A model generated the notes under the pieces. That model did no database searches, was not told where the DNA came from, and was given only the letters and a program-made list of their open reading frames with translations. From positions 232,872,001 to 232,936,000 of the forward strand of contig OZ024740.1 of the NCBI GenBank assembly GCA_964016885.1: a DNA stretch of 64,000 bases, written 5' to 3'. Within the stretch, counting starts at the first letter, position 1. Each line of letters starts with the position of its first letter. The stretch comes from Eledone cirrhosa (taxonomy: Eukaryota). Of the stretch, positions 52,272 through 64,000 are shown piece by piece. Made by a program: the position numbers and the translations under genes.

Positions 52272-52471
52272 CAGGCATGTCAAACATGCGGCCCTTTACA
52301 AGGACACCTGCGGCCCGCACAAAGGTTTTTACAGCGTGAACATGTTTTATCTTCGTAATATAAAATTTAAAAAAAATGAGTTATATGTGCAAATAGTTGT
52401 CGTGTGAGGCCCTCAGACAACACATATATGACCCATGTGGCCCTCGCGTGATCTTCAGTTTGACATGCCTG
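52272..52471. mobile_element. hAT-family MITE
   Basis: TIR CAGGCATGTCAAAC...GTTTGACATGCCTG, with subterminal GCGGCCC/GGCCC motifs. No clear TSD. Confidence 0.8.
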
Positions 52472-52896
52472 ATCTGGACTATATTTTAACCTGTAATCCA
52501 TGTTTCATTTCATGTTTCATTTCATTTCATATTTGAATCTACTATTATTTGGGCTTTATATATATATATTAGACCTGTGCGAAATTCCTTCCTTGCTCAC
52601 ATTTCAACCAGGTTTGATGGTCTTTTGTCTCTTGTTCACGATTTCACCGAGTTTATATTCATAGAAATCTGGGACTTGTCTCTTTCTTCTCACTTTCTGT
52701 TGCTTAAACCATTTTGTTTGTTCACCCTAACGTCCCCTTTAGTTACGTGTCCCAACGACTTTTTTTAGCCGTTGTTCGCACCCACCTGAGGTATATGGCC
52801 CTTAAAGCGATGAAATGCCTGGGACGGTTGGAGGGTCACTGATGAAGGACTTACTTTTTCATATGTATCCCATTTGCAACGCGCAGCTCCAATATT

Positions 52897-53020
<124 letters not shown>

Positions 53021-53109
53021 ATTTATTTTTTGTTTAAATGATTAAATTAAATTAATTCAGCAGTTAAACACACATAGGAATAATAAAGTTGTTACCAGAG
53101 AGCCAGAAG

Positions 53110-53540
53110 ATTGACAAGTCGAGCCTAAATATGACGAATAGCTCTAGGAAAGCCATGAACGACACCACATCGTTTTAACTTTGATTTTTTAAGTAGGTTT
53201 ATAATCATTAATTTTCATTATACTTTTGTAGCTGTTTCAACGGTCTAGTTGGAGGAATCAGAGACAGTGGTGATTCTAGTCTGAAGGTCGGTCCTGATCG
53301 GGAGTAGTGTTCCCTGTAAACCTTTTCAGTTTTTGTCTATGGGATGCAAAATAAAAACCGAAAAAGATTACATGCACGATCTCCACACACTCTACCACCT
53401 ACCGCTAGGCCACTGAGACAGTTACAAAAATCTTCTGAAAATTGATACTTATAAAACTATTTTCAAAATTTTCAATGCAAAATGATGTGGTGTCGTTCAT
53501 GTCTTTCTTAATGTTATTGGTCCTACTTAAGGTCAACTTC
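53110..53540. mobile_element. Inverted-repeat (MITE-like) element
   Basis: CATGAACGACACCACATC (about 53154) pairs with GATGTGGTGTCGTTCATG (about 53484); weaker symmetry continues outward. Confidence 0.5.
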
Positions 53541-53849
53541 TAAATCATTTGGGTGTTCCATAAACTACATCCTCGTTTTCTTTTGATTTGTGTAAACTTG
53601 CATGCTTATCTACTGACGGCACTGCGAATATGGTTGGCAGATATAATGGCGTTACTGCCAAGTTACGAAAAAAATAGAAAACTCGCATCCAAATTCATCA
53701 TTTGCACATTTTCACTGCATTATTCATCAGCAAAAGTTGTGTTTAGAGATTTTAAAATTGCATCATGTGTTTAGCTTGGTCACAAAGATAGTGAACTATA
53801 TCAGAGGTCGTGCTCTCAACTGCCGTCAGTTCAGCTAGTGGTTGAAAGA

Positions 53850-55110
53850 TATGGATAATCAGTTCACCGATGTTTTACACATAAGTCTGCTGGTTGTGAT
53901 GTCACAAAGTGCTGAAAAGATTCTATTTAATGAGACAAGAAATAATTATGCTTTTGGAGATGAAAGGTCAAAACACAGATGAAATAAAAGTTGGCTCCAG
54001 GATCTGGCTTTTGTTGTGGATATTACTGCAAAATTAACTGGTCTTAATTTGAAATTACAAGGTAAAAAGAAATTCATCACTCAGTTGTATGATGACATCC
54101 AGTGGTTCATTAGAAATCTAAGCTTATGGAAGTCACAGTTGTCAAATGAAAATTTAGATCCTTTCCCTACGTGTTAAGAGCTGAAAAACACTGCCAATAC
54201 TGCTTCTGTACTTAGCTTTGCTAAGTATGACAGTCACCTGGAATTGTTGTCAAAGGAATTTCAGGAAAGATCTTGTGATTTCTCATCTTTTGAACATCAG
54301 TTTGCATTATTCTCACCACTATTCACCTTTGATGTTGCCAAGGCAAAAAATACCTGCAGATGGAACTATTGGAAATGCAGTCAGATTCTACATCCAGTGC
54401 AAAGTATTTTGAAGTGGGGATACGTGGGTTCTTTTAATACCTTCCTGAAAAGTTAAAAAACTTCAGAAAGTTTGCCACAAAGATTATGGCAATGTTTGGA
54501 TCTACCTAAGTGTGTGAACAGTTATTTTCCTTCATTAAATTAACAAAACCTTTTCAGAGAACAAGGCTGACTGATCAAAGTCGGAATTGTACAGACATTT
54601 CAGCCAGACATACCAAAAATTGTCAACAAAAAGAGGTGTCAAGCCTCAGGACTAAACACTAAAAATGGTTGAATAGTAGCAAATAAATGTACAATTTTGA
54701 ACTGTTGTAATTTTTGTACAATGTATGTTGCTGTTGCAAGCTGCAAGTATATGTTACCATTTAAAATTTTTTTTTTTTTTTCGAACAACTTCATTACTTT
54801 GTAATGCTGCTAAAACATTTGTATGTACATTATATGTTCCTAAATTCTGAGTTCAAATCCCGCCGAGGTTGACTTTGCCTTTCATCCTTACGGGGTCGAT
54901 AAAATAAAGTACTAGTAATGCACTGGATAATTGCTGGCCTTGTGTCTAAAGTAGAAAGAATGATATGTTCCTAAATTTAAGAAACAAATTTTTCTGTAAT
55001 AAATTTTATTAAATGACTTTAATAAGTTGTAATGTGCACAATTAGTTCACGTGTGTGGCCCTCAGACAACACATAGGTGACCCATGCGGACCTTGGGGGA
55101 TCCTCAGTTT
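53850..55110 (+). mobile_element. hAT (Charlie/SPIN, GTF2IRD2-like) transposase relic with 3' subterminal region
   Basis: WLQDLAFVVDITAKLTGLNLKLQGK...LWKSQL...FPTC and the dimerisation-domain motif MFGST*VCEQLFS..RTRLTD. 55055-55110 matches the 3' part of the 52272 MITE. Confidence 0.82.
54845..54963 (+). mobile_element. 5'-truncated SINE nested in the hAT relic
   Basis: TSD ATATGTTCCTAAATT on both sides. Confidence 0.82.
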
Positions 55111-55428
55111 CCGATGACCGCCGTAATATATTTTATCCGATGTCGAAATGACTCGCCAAATTGGTCGCTTATAGGGGGGGGGGGATTACGCCATAATTCT
55201 TGCCATAAATCTTGGATTAAATGCTAGCTTTTAATAGCATATCTTAGAAAATATGTACATCCTTTGAAATATTCCCTTCAGTTCAAGATTTTATATTTAA
55301 TTTTTCAATAGCACAAACGCATCAGACGTACTTTAATTATATAGTGCTATACATCAATCGACCATTGCCTAAATAGCACCAACTTCCTTACTGTGGTCAA
55401 ATAAATCAACTGTACTGATATAACTTAA

Positions 55429-55491
<63 letters not shown>

Positions 55492-56086
55492 CCCTCTCTC
55501 TCTCTCTCATTTCTCTCTCTCTCTCCCCCTCTCTCTCTCTCTATCTCTCTCCCTCCCGTTCTACCTCTCTCTCTCTATATATATATATATCCAAAATTAA
55601 ATTAAGGGTGTCATGTGTATATATATATATACACACACATGTCTGGGATCCATGAAACTGTTTTTCTCGTCAGGAGCTTTTCCCAAACCTTAGCCTATAT
55701 TTTCTCCGTGTATATGTCTCTCCTTCTTCCTCTATATTCCCCCTCTTTCTCTCAGTGTCTCTCTCTCTCACTCATTCTACCTCGCTCTTTATATATAAAT
55801 ATGTATATATGAGTGTGTGTGCGTGTGATGAAGATGATCCGATGAGTACACAGGTGGAACTCGATTGTAACAAGTCTATTCACTTAGTCATATTAAAGAA
55901 TATCTATCTATCTACCCATATATAATGTCTCCCCCTATTGGGGAAAATCGATTAATTTTTAAATTGCATTTGTGATAGTATTTTACACGTTTTTATTATA
56001 TGTAAACTTCCCCCTTTGTATTGTCCCCTTCTTTTGTGCCCCTGTGGCTAATAAAGAAACATATCTATTTATCTATATATTCATCA

Positions 56087-56213
<127 letters not shown>

Positions 56214-56972
56214 CGCGTGTGTGTGTGTTTGTGTGTGTCTATGTATGTATCAGTGTGTGTGTGTGTCCGTGTGTGTATGTACCGAACTAAACCCCCGCCC
56301 CCCCCTAACATTGCTTATGCGTTTGTAATTTTTCCTTCCACAATTAAATAATCCTTTCACTTACCCCTTTCTCCTTATTCCTGTTCATCCCTTTCTCTAA
56401 GCCACTCTCCTCTCATACTTCCCCTCCCTTCCACCGTCTATGCTATGTATTCACACATATCCAATCGCATAAACAGACACCTCAATCAGACATGTTGAGC
56501 ATACACATACAAATACATAACAAAAGGAAATACTTACACAGATTCAGACACACAATAGACAGAAATATACACACTCACCGGCAAGCATATATAGATATAT
56601 AACAGAAAGAGAAACACAAATAGAGTCATACATACAAATCCATCTTGTCATCTCGGTGCCATTCAATTCATTACATCATTAACTGTCAACCATATCACGT
56701 ACTGTTTCAATTGACAGTGATTACCAGAACAGGTTTCCCTCATGACCCCTAGCAAGAAGTGTTATAATAGTAAGGGTCACTGACCATCCACGTGATGGTG
56801 TCACACTGTGGAGGGTCCAACACTTAAAATATGTCCTTCACGAAAATGAAATTAGAGCAGCCGAGCGTCTGGTATTTCTGAGTGTGTATGTGCGTGTGTC
56901 TCTGTGTGTGTATGTATGTGTGTATGTATGTGTATGTGTATGTATGTGTGTATGTGTGTGTGCATGTATTTA

Positions 56973-57019
<47 letters not shown>

Positions 57020-57074
57020 ATGTGTGTATGTGTGTGTATGTGTGAGTGCGTATGTGTTTCTGTGTGTGTGTGCA

Positions 57075-57146
<72 letters not shown>

Positions 57147-57389
57147 TCTGTGTATATGTATGTGTGTGTATGTGTATGTGTGTGTGTGTGTCTGTGTATA
57201 TGTCTGTGTGTGAGTGTGTGTATGTGTAATGGCGTGTGGGTGAAGGATCAGTGATGGGGCTGTTTACAGCAATGGAATTCTATTTTTAAGTAGACCTTGA
57301 AATAAAAGCAAGCAAGCAAATCGATAATTAAATTAATTGTTAATCAAGCAGATCTTATTTGTAGCTGGATGTGGGTGTATATGTGTGAT

Positions 57390-57640
57390 GGCGTGTGGCC
57401 TTACACTTAGCTTCTTCACGTTACGATCTAATGTTATGAGTTCGATTCCCGGTGGTGCATTGTGTCCTTCAGCAAGAGACTTTATTTCACGCTTTTCTGG
57501 TCGACTCACATAGAAAAACGATTTGTACTTCTAAGTTAGAAAAACAGCCTTGACACACACTCTGTCACGCTTAATCTTCCTCAGAACTACTTACTATATG
57601 GGTGTATGTGTCTTGGGAATTACCAGCCACTTACAAGATG
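57390..57640 (+). mobile_element. Degenerate CORE-like SINE
   Basis: GAGTTCGATTCCC B-box followed by TGTGTCCTTCAGCAAGAGACTTTATTTCAC. Confidence 0.5.
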
Positions 57641-57688
57641 ATTTAACGAGCAGTGTATTTGTTTATTGAACAGATGAAACATTCATTC

Positions 57689-57739
<51 letters not shown>

Positions 57740-57771
57740 CCACACACACACGCCCACACACACACACACAC

Positions 57772-57812
<41 letters not shown>

Positions 57813-57956
57813 ATTTCCGAAGAAAAAGCAAAGGAAAAGATAGTGCTCTGTGTAAAATAAGGAGGTATTTAATTAGAAAGTAAACAACACAATATAACTA
57901 CTCCATTACCAAAGGTTTCAGGACCCTAGACAATATTAACATACGTCCAGTTCGCT

Positions 57957-58036
<80 letters not shown>

Positions 58037-58041
58037 ATGAA

Positions 58042-58230
58042 TAATTGTTTCTACTTTTGGCATAAGACCATCAAATACCCAGTACATTACTGGTACTTTA
58101 TTTTATCGACCCCGTAAGGATGAAAGGCAAAGTCAAGCTCGGCGGGATTTGAACTTAGATCGTAAAGGGAAATAACTATGCTGGAAAACATGGCGTCCGA
58201 CCCTCTACCGATACTGCCAATCCACCGCCC
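58042..58230 (-). mobile_element. SINE with TSD GAGAATGAATAAT
   Basis: Reverse complement of the main SINE; duplicated flank. Confidence 0.85.
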
Positions 58231-58847
58231 TGAGAATGAATAATAACAGGTAGACATCATAAAAAGGTAATGTACTCTGTATGCTTACAAATGTTTCCAC
58301 GGTGGTTATACAGCTTAGTTATGCTATGTGCAAATTTATAACTATTTGCAAAACTCGATTATCGAATTCTGTGACCACTGTATCACCAGAGCAGAATGGT
58401 TAAATATACAATGTAAATACCCTTAAGTAAATTACCTTTTTATGATGTCTACCTGTTATTATTCATTCTTTATCTACACTCCGGAATACAGAAGGATCAG
58501 GAACTAAGTTTCTTCAACAATTCTTCCATAACTCGTTGAGTAACCTCTCACCGTACGTCAACTCTATCCAGTGTAGTAATTAACCATTACTGCATCCAGG
58601 ATAATCATATACCTAATATATATATATATATATATATATATTAAAGAGTTAAACAAGATTCAATGAATACATCAAAGAATGAGTTTTACAGTAGATTGGA
58701 AGCACTCTACAAGTTGATTAATATTAAAATACAAATATTAATAAAATAAATTATTAGGCTATAAATGTTGAGTTTTCTCTTAGGTTAATCACTACCTTGA
58801 TTAAATCTTAATCATTTAACATCTCAGGGTATGTGATGTATCATTAT

Positions 58848-58900
58848 ATTTTGTCTGATGAGGACGTACTGTTGTACCTCTGAAATATGTATAATAAAAT
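58848..58900 (+). ncRNA. Type I hammerhead motif (second copy of the 22974 family)
   Basis: ATTTTGT-CTGATGA-GGACGTACTGTTGTACCTCT-GAAA-TATGTA-TA-ATAAAAT inside element 58640-58948, bounded by (TA)n. Confidence 0.68.
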
Positions 58901-58940
58901 TTAATTGATCAAAAGAACATCTATTTTATTAATATTTGTA

Positions 58941-58977
<37 letters not shown>

Positions 58978-59103
58978 AGTATATGTTGGTTGCTTACCGA
59001 CACCTTAGTATGCAGATTGGAGCACTCGACGAGGTGCGCAGGTTAGTTTGGTTACTCCGGAGTAAAATAAAATAAATAAGTCAAATATTTAAAATTAGGC
59101 TTC

Positions 59104-59161
<58 letters not shown>

Positions 59162-59358
59162 GTTCACAAGTTATCGTTATAGGTAATCCAGTTAGAGGTT
59201 GCGAGTACTCTGCGTTGTGGATAGTTTTAACGTACGGCTTTGACGCAACTTCGCCGATTAGCGACCTCTAGACTCACCTGATCAATGAAACAATTGTCAA
59301 TACCTGAAATAAATCCCTCGTTGTATAGCCAACCATGTTACTCTCCATTCCTTCTCTC

Positions 59359-59564
<206 letters not shown>

Positions 59565-60719
59565 CATACATACATATATGCACACACAATTCTGTATACG
59601 TGTAAGTGAACGTGGTGGGTGTCTGTGTAAGAGTTGATTTGTTCAGTTTGGTTCTATCGTCACGTAGAATTAATGAAGCAAAGCGGAACTAGTTTTTTAT
59701 GTTATTTCTTTATCTTACTCTCCTTCATCTTGTTATTTGCAGAATCAAACACTTTGACAAAACGAAAAAATACTTTATGCATTAAAACAGACTCATACTT
59801 ACATACACATACATATATGTATATACGATAATCGGAAGAAGGTACGTACGTCTGTTTCGACGATGACTTTCCCCAGTTGTTAAAGCAATTGAACAACCTG
59901 TTTATTGCGTTATTGTGTAAATGGCTGAGTGTTCCGTAACTATTTGTGTCCTTAATGTAATCCATGTCAAAATGGTAGACAAGTGTGTTGTTTTAAATTA
60001 TAGTTACAGCACATCCCATGTACTTTCCACAAGCAAGATATCGCTCAACTTCGAGACTGCCCTGCGTACATATTGGTCCGTAGCATTAGTTTGAACTTTT
60101 TAAGGGCTTTAAAATTACACTTTTAATCACAAATACCTCATCCCACATCTCCAATCAAGAATACGCATTACATGAAACCTGTTTAGTATTATACTTCATT
60201 CTTTTCCGTTACTGGTTTTAGTCATGCTAAGGCACAACATCCAAGCGTAGACCCCAACATATATTGATTGGTATTTTGAATATATATATGACTGGTATTT
60301 AACTTCTAAAGATGCAATTCTCCGTCCTCTTCAGATCTCAGATTGACAAAGAAATATATAAGTACGTCATTAAAAAGGCTCCACTTTCCAGACACCAACG
60401 TCGCTACAATGTTGGAAGCAGTCATGTTGGCAACCGAAGACTCGTATTTGCTCCCACCTATACCTTCCGTGTGCCCACTTGAATAAAGGGAGTAAAGAAC
60501 TGGTGGTATTTCACTATTGCAGATGTGCATAACTTCACCATATATATTGGAGATTTAATCTCTCCGTGTCATTCACCATTGAAAGCAATGTTTTTGTTCT
60601 CAAGAACTGGCCACGCTAAATTAATATCTCAAATAGCAGCTAAGGCAATTTGTGTTAATTAATATGCTAACAAAAATGAAACAAATATGTAAATTATATT
60701 CTAGATGTAAGATGTAATG

Positions 60720-61050
60720 AATCACTACCTCACCAGATCCGAACACAGACGAGTGGTACTCCCACTGTCATTACCTCCATCTCACTCGCCCTCCCAATCT
60801 TTCTGTATTATGAGCAAATGTCACGTGCTGGCCTCTCCGCGGTCCCGGTGGATAGAATGGAGAAGGCATTTTCCCGGAGGATGGTAAGGGAGATGCGCTG
60901 GAAGAGCCATTCCATCTCGCGAGGGTCACACCTGCGGCTAGCCAGCCCAGAGCCTATGATGGTAAGTAGAAAGGTAGACCTGGGGTTGAGGACACCAGAA
61001 GTCTCCATTGCAAGGGGCTCTACTGCAAACCTGTCGGAGGGCGACCAATA
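60720..61050 (-). mobile_element. CRE-like RLE retroelement 3' end fragment
   Basis: PLAMETSGVLNP...LFQRISLTILRENA; DNA similarity to 30810-31030 (CACCTGCGGCTAGCCAG, GAGGACACCAGAAGTCTCCA). Confidence 0.7.
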
Positions 61051-63584
61051 ATTCTGTTGACATATGCCCACATGCGGCTTTAAAATGTTTTGGTTTGTAA
61101 CACCACAGATCATTTTGTCATAGTGAGTTGTGATGGAACATTTTACGTTCAACATTCACATAATAACTCTGTGTGGCATATGTTTCGGTTTTATTTCACA
61201 TTCATTTGCTCCATGATATTACCAACGTATATGCCGTTACCTAGAGGAATGACCCTCATTGGCAGATAAATATACCCATCATTTTTTCACGTCCTTTCGA
61301 TCAAAAGGGCTATTTACATTCAACTTCCAAATCCAACGCAAAATCAGCAGTGATTCTATGAAAAGAGACTTCGAAAACGACGCGGAATGGTATCATGTCC
61401 ATCTTATCTTCTTCAACAGCTAAAGTACTCAAACACGGCACATATCATTACCGCAACCCTACTAGACCAGAACAACAGACAACTACAGCTAAAATCCCCA
61501 AGATTGCTTCAAATGGTCATTTTCATCATCAATAAGTATATTTCCTGGCAAACACCCATCCTCAACATAGCAATTACTTTATCATAAGGATTGCAGTTTC
61601 TCTCCCGTTGTAGACAAATATTTCCATCCCCATCAACTCTCTGTGAAGCTCGAGAGCACTGTTTTCACATCTTGGATGGTGCTGTTGCTATCACTCATAG
61701 AGCGATTCCAGGTAGCATAAAAATACTTGATGAACATATAGCTCACAAATATCTGACCTACTTTCTCTGATATTTCTCTCGCTACTACGTTGACATTTGT
61801 TCAACATAGTGGCTGCCATTTTCAATCAGACTCTTACGACTATCTTCATCAAGCCCTAAACTCACTCATAATGGGCTTTTTATCAAGCTTCTGCACTAAA
61901 CACTGCAATCCATAATTCATTTCTTGCTACGGTTGTCTCAGACGTCAGAGGTCTTTCTTGCAGCTATCGAATTATAACAGTTTATGAGGATCATTAACTG
62001 CAGTAATCTTACATGTATTGAAGGGCTTCGAAAGGCAATCGGCTACACCACATTTTCCAGACTGAATCGATAAGAAATGATCATGCTAACACCGATATAC
62101 ACATTATAGCGTAACCTCATACATAAGTATTATTTATACACAGACATTCGTTTATATCTTTTATGTCTGTATATGCATGAAAATAAAATATATTTGTGTG
62201 TGCGTGTATAGTAGAAAGTACGTAATGACACAGTTTGAAATCTTACTATCATCTTCAACATCTACTACAACAACAACAAACACCACTAATATTACTACTA
62301 GTACCACTACTTATTTATTGCGTGTGATAATTCCTCTTTTGACTATCTCTATCGTTCCCTTTTCTATATCGTACATAATTACAGTATGGCATACCCCTAA
62401 CACTCACAGACACATACTCACACTCACACACACTCATATATATCATACACACATATACATAGATATTCACTAACCAAACAATCAGACTTTGTATAGACAA
62501 GTATTTAAGTGACATTACTAAATATGAAATAAATATAGAAAATTATATATAAATATAATTAGGTTAAAAGATAAAAATCAGATGGAACCATATTTTATTT
62601 ATATTATATTATTCCTATTATATATTTGGCAATTTTACTTTTTTTCTTTCTTTTTCTGTTGAAATATTTTGTGTAATGACCTGCTGACACATTTGTGTAC
62701 AACCTTGAATGAATTTAGATGTTTAACTGGTTAACTGTGACCTTGTTTGAAATGTGTACTCCCTCCTTATTGTCCTCTATATTCTGAAGTCGTCTTCGTT
62801 TTACTTGTATACACGAGAATATTTATTTTTAAGTTTCCATCACTCTTGCGTGGTACTTTCAGCAAGTGTCTACTGTAACTTCGAGCCAGTTAATACCTTT
62901 CGAAATTTGGTAGACAGAAAGTGTGCAGTAGTCCGAATATAAATAAATAAATATGTATATAAATAGGGAGGCACAAAGCAGTCTTTGTTTACAAACGGCT
63001 AGTGAATTTGAAAATTAGATAGTAACATGTGCTTACGCCATATTGGACTAAATAGAATTAGTCTGTTAGTTGGGATTTTAATAAAACCTCTGAATGGAAA
63101 AAAAAGGGTGAGTATTGACATGTATGGGACACGAACCCACGTCTTTGGTTTGCCGGACCAATGTGTTACCAGTGTTTTTTTTTAAATCTATGAACATGCA
63201 TTTGCTCTGGACTATTGGGAGTATTTATGGATGAGAAAACCTAAACACTAGTGACATGCAGGAACACTATTCTGATCATACTCTTTTGAGCCTGAAATGT
63301 TTACGAATCAGCAAACTGTAAGGATCCCATTGACCAATGTGTCTTCTCCACAATTTGACGGAGATATAGCTGCTATTTCAAACACGTGGGGTGACAAAAA
63401 AAGCCCTTTTATTGACCAAATAATTGTATAACAAATACAATGGAAATGGTTTTGCGTAGGTCATTATTAGTTGGAAATGTTGTGGTGATGATTTTGTATA
63501 GAGGGTGCTGTTTGATCCTGTATATAGGCGTGAATGTCCCAAATATGGTTCATTTTCAATATATGTATATATATAAATATATAA

Positions 63585-63725
<141 letters not shown>

Positions 63726-64000
63726 TGGGGGTGTGTGTATATATATATAAATAATCCAGTTTGTTATGCAGGAGTTATTTCCCGATATTGGTCTTGAGAT
63801 GGGCAAGAGTCGATACAGTTCGGCACCATTTACGTCGCAGGTGAACTGAGGATGTGAAGAGCTGGGACAATTACTGCGAACAATGTTGTTCGACGCTCTA
63901 GCAATTCTGCACATCCAAGATTCTGTGCAAGTACTTTATTTAACAGACATCGAAAGGATGAAAAGTAAAATGGCATCGGCGAAATTTGAAAGCAAACTCT

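Noticed and set aside
52830-52870. CTGATGA motif
   Set aside because: No downstream GAAA or stems.
61200-62100. Possible exon or transposase remnant
   Set aside because: No recognisable motif or sustained reading frame.
63120-63172. tRNA-like sequence on the - strand (TGGTAA...GGTTCGTGTCCC)
   Set aside because: The cloverleaf is incomplete; more likely a decayed SINE head than a tRNA gene.

Overview
AT-rich, microsatellite-dense eukaryotic DNA. The SINE families and the (TA)n/(CA)n/(GA)n load suggest an octopus/cephalopod genome; this is an inference. The only host gene I can support is the 3' end of a GATA4/5/6 (pannier-like) transcription factor on the + strand. It consists of a basic-tail exon at 2608-2716 ([20 protein letters not shown]), a phase-matched terminal exon at 12077-12549 (Ser/Pro/Asn/His-rich) and a 3' UTR. 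The rest is intron and intergenic DNA full of mobile-element debris: about 20 tRNA-derived SINE copies, RTE-type LINE fragments, a Tx1/L1-type LINE inside a (GATA)n array, two CRE-like RLE retroelement fragments, an end-intact but Rep-deleted Helitron plus two non-autonomous Helitrons, a hAT (Charlie/SPIN-like) transposase relic with its MITE, and several minisatellites. The most striking unexplained signal is a set of at least five apparently unrelated families of short non-coding elements in or beside (TA)n tracts. They are often arranged as palindromes or inverted duplications and carry type I hammerhead-ribozyme cores (CUGANGA...GAAA...UH). This points to a diverse population of Penelope-like or retrozyme-like microsatellite-associated elements. 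Most of the supplied ORFs are microsatellite artefacts.
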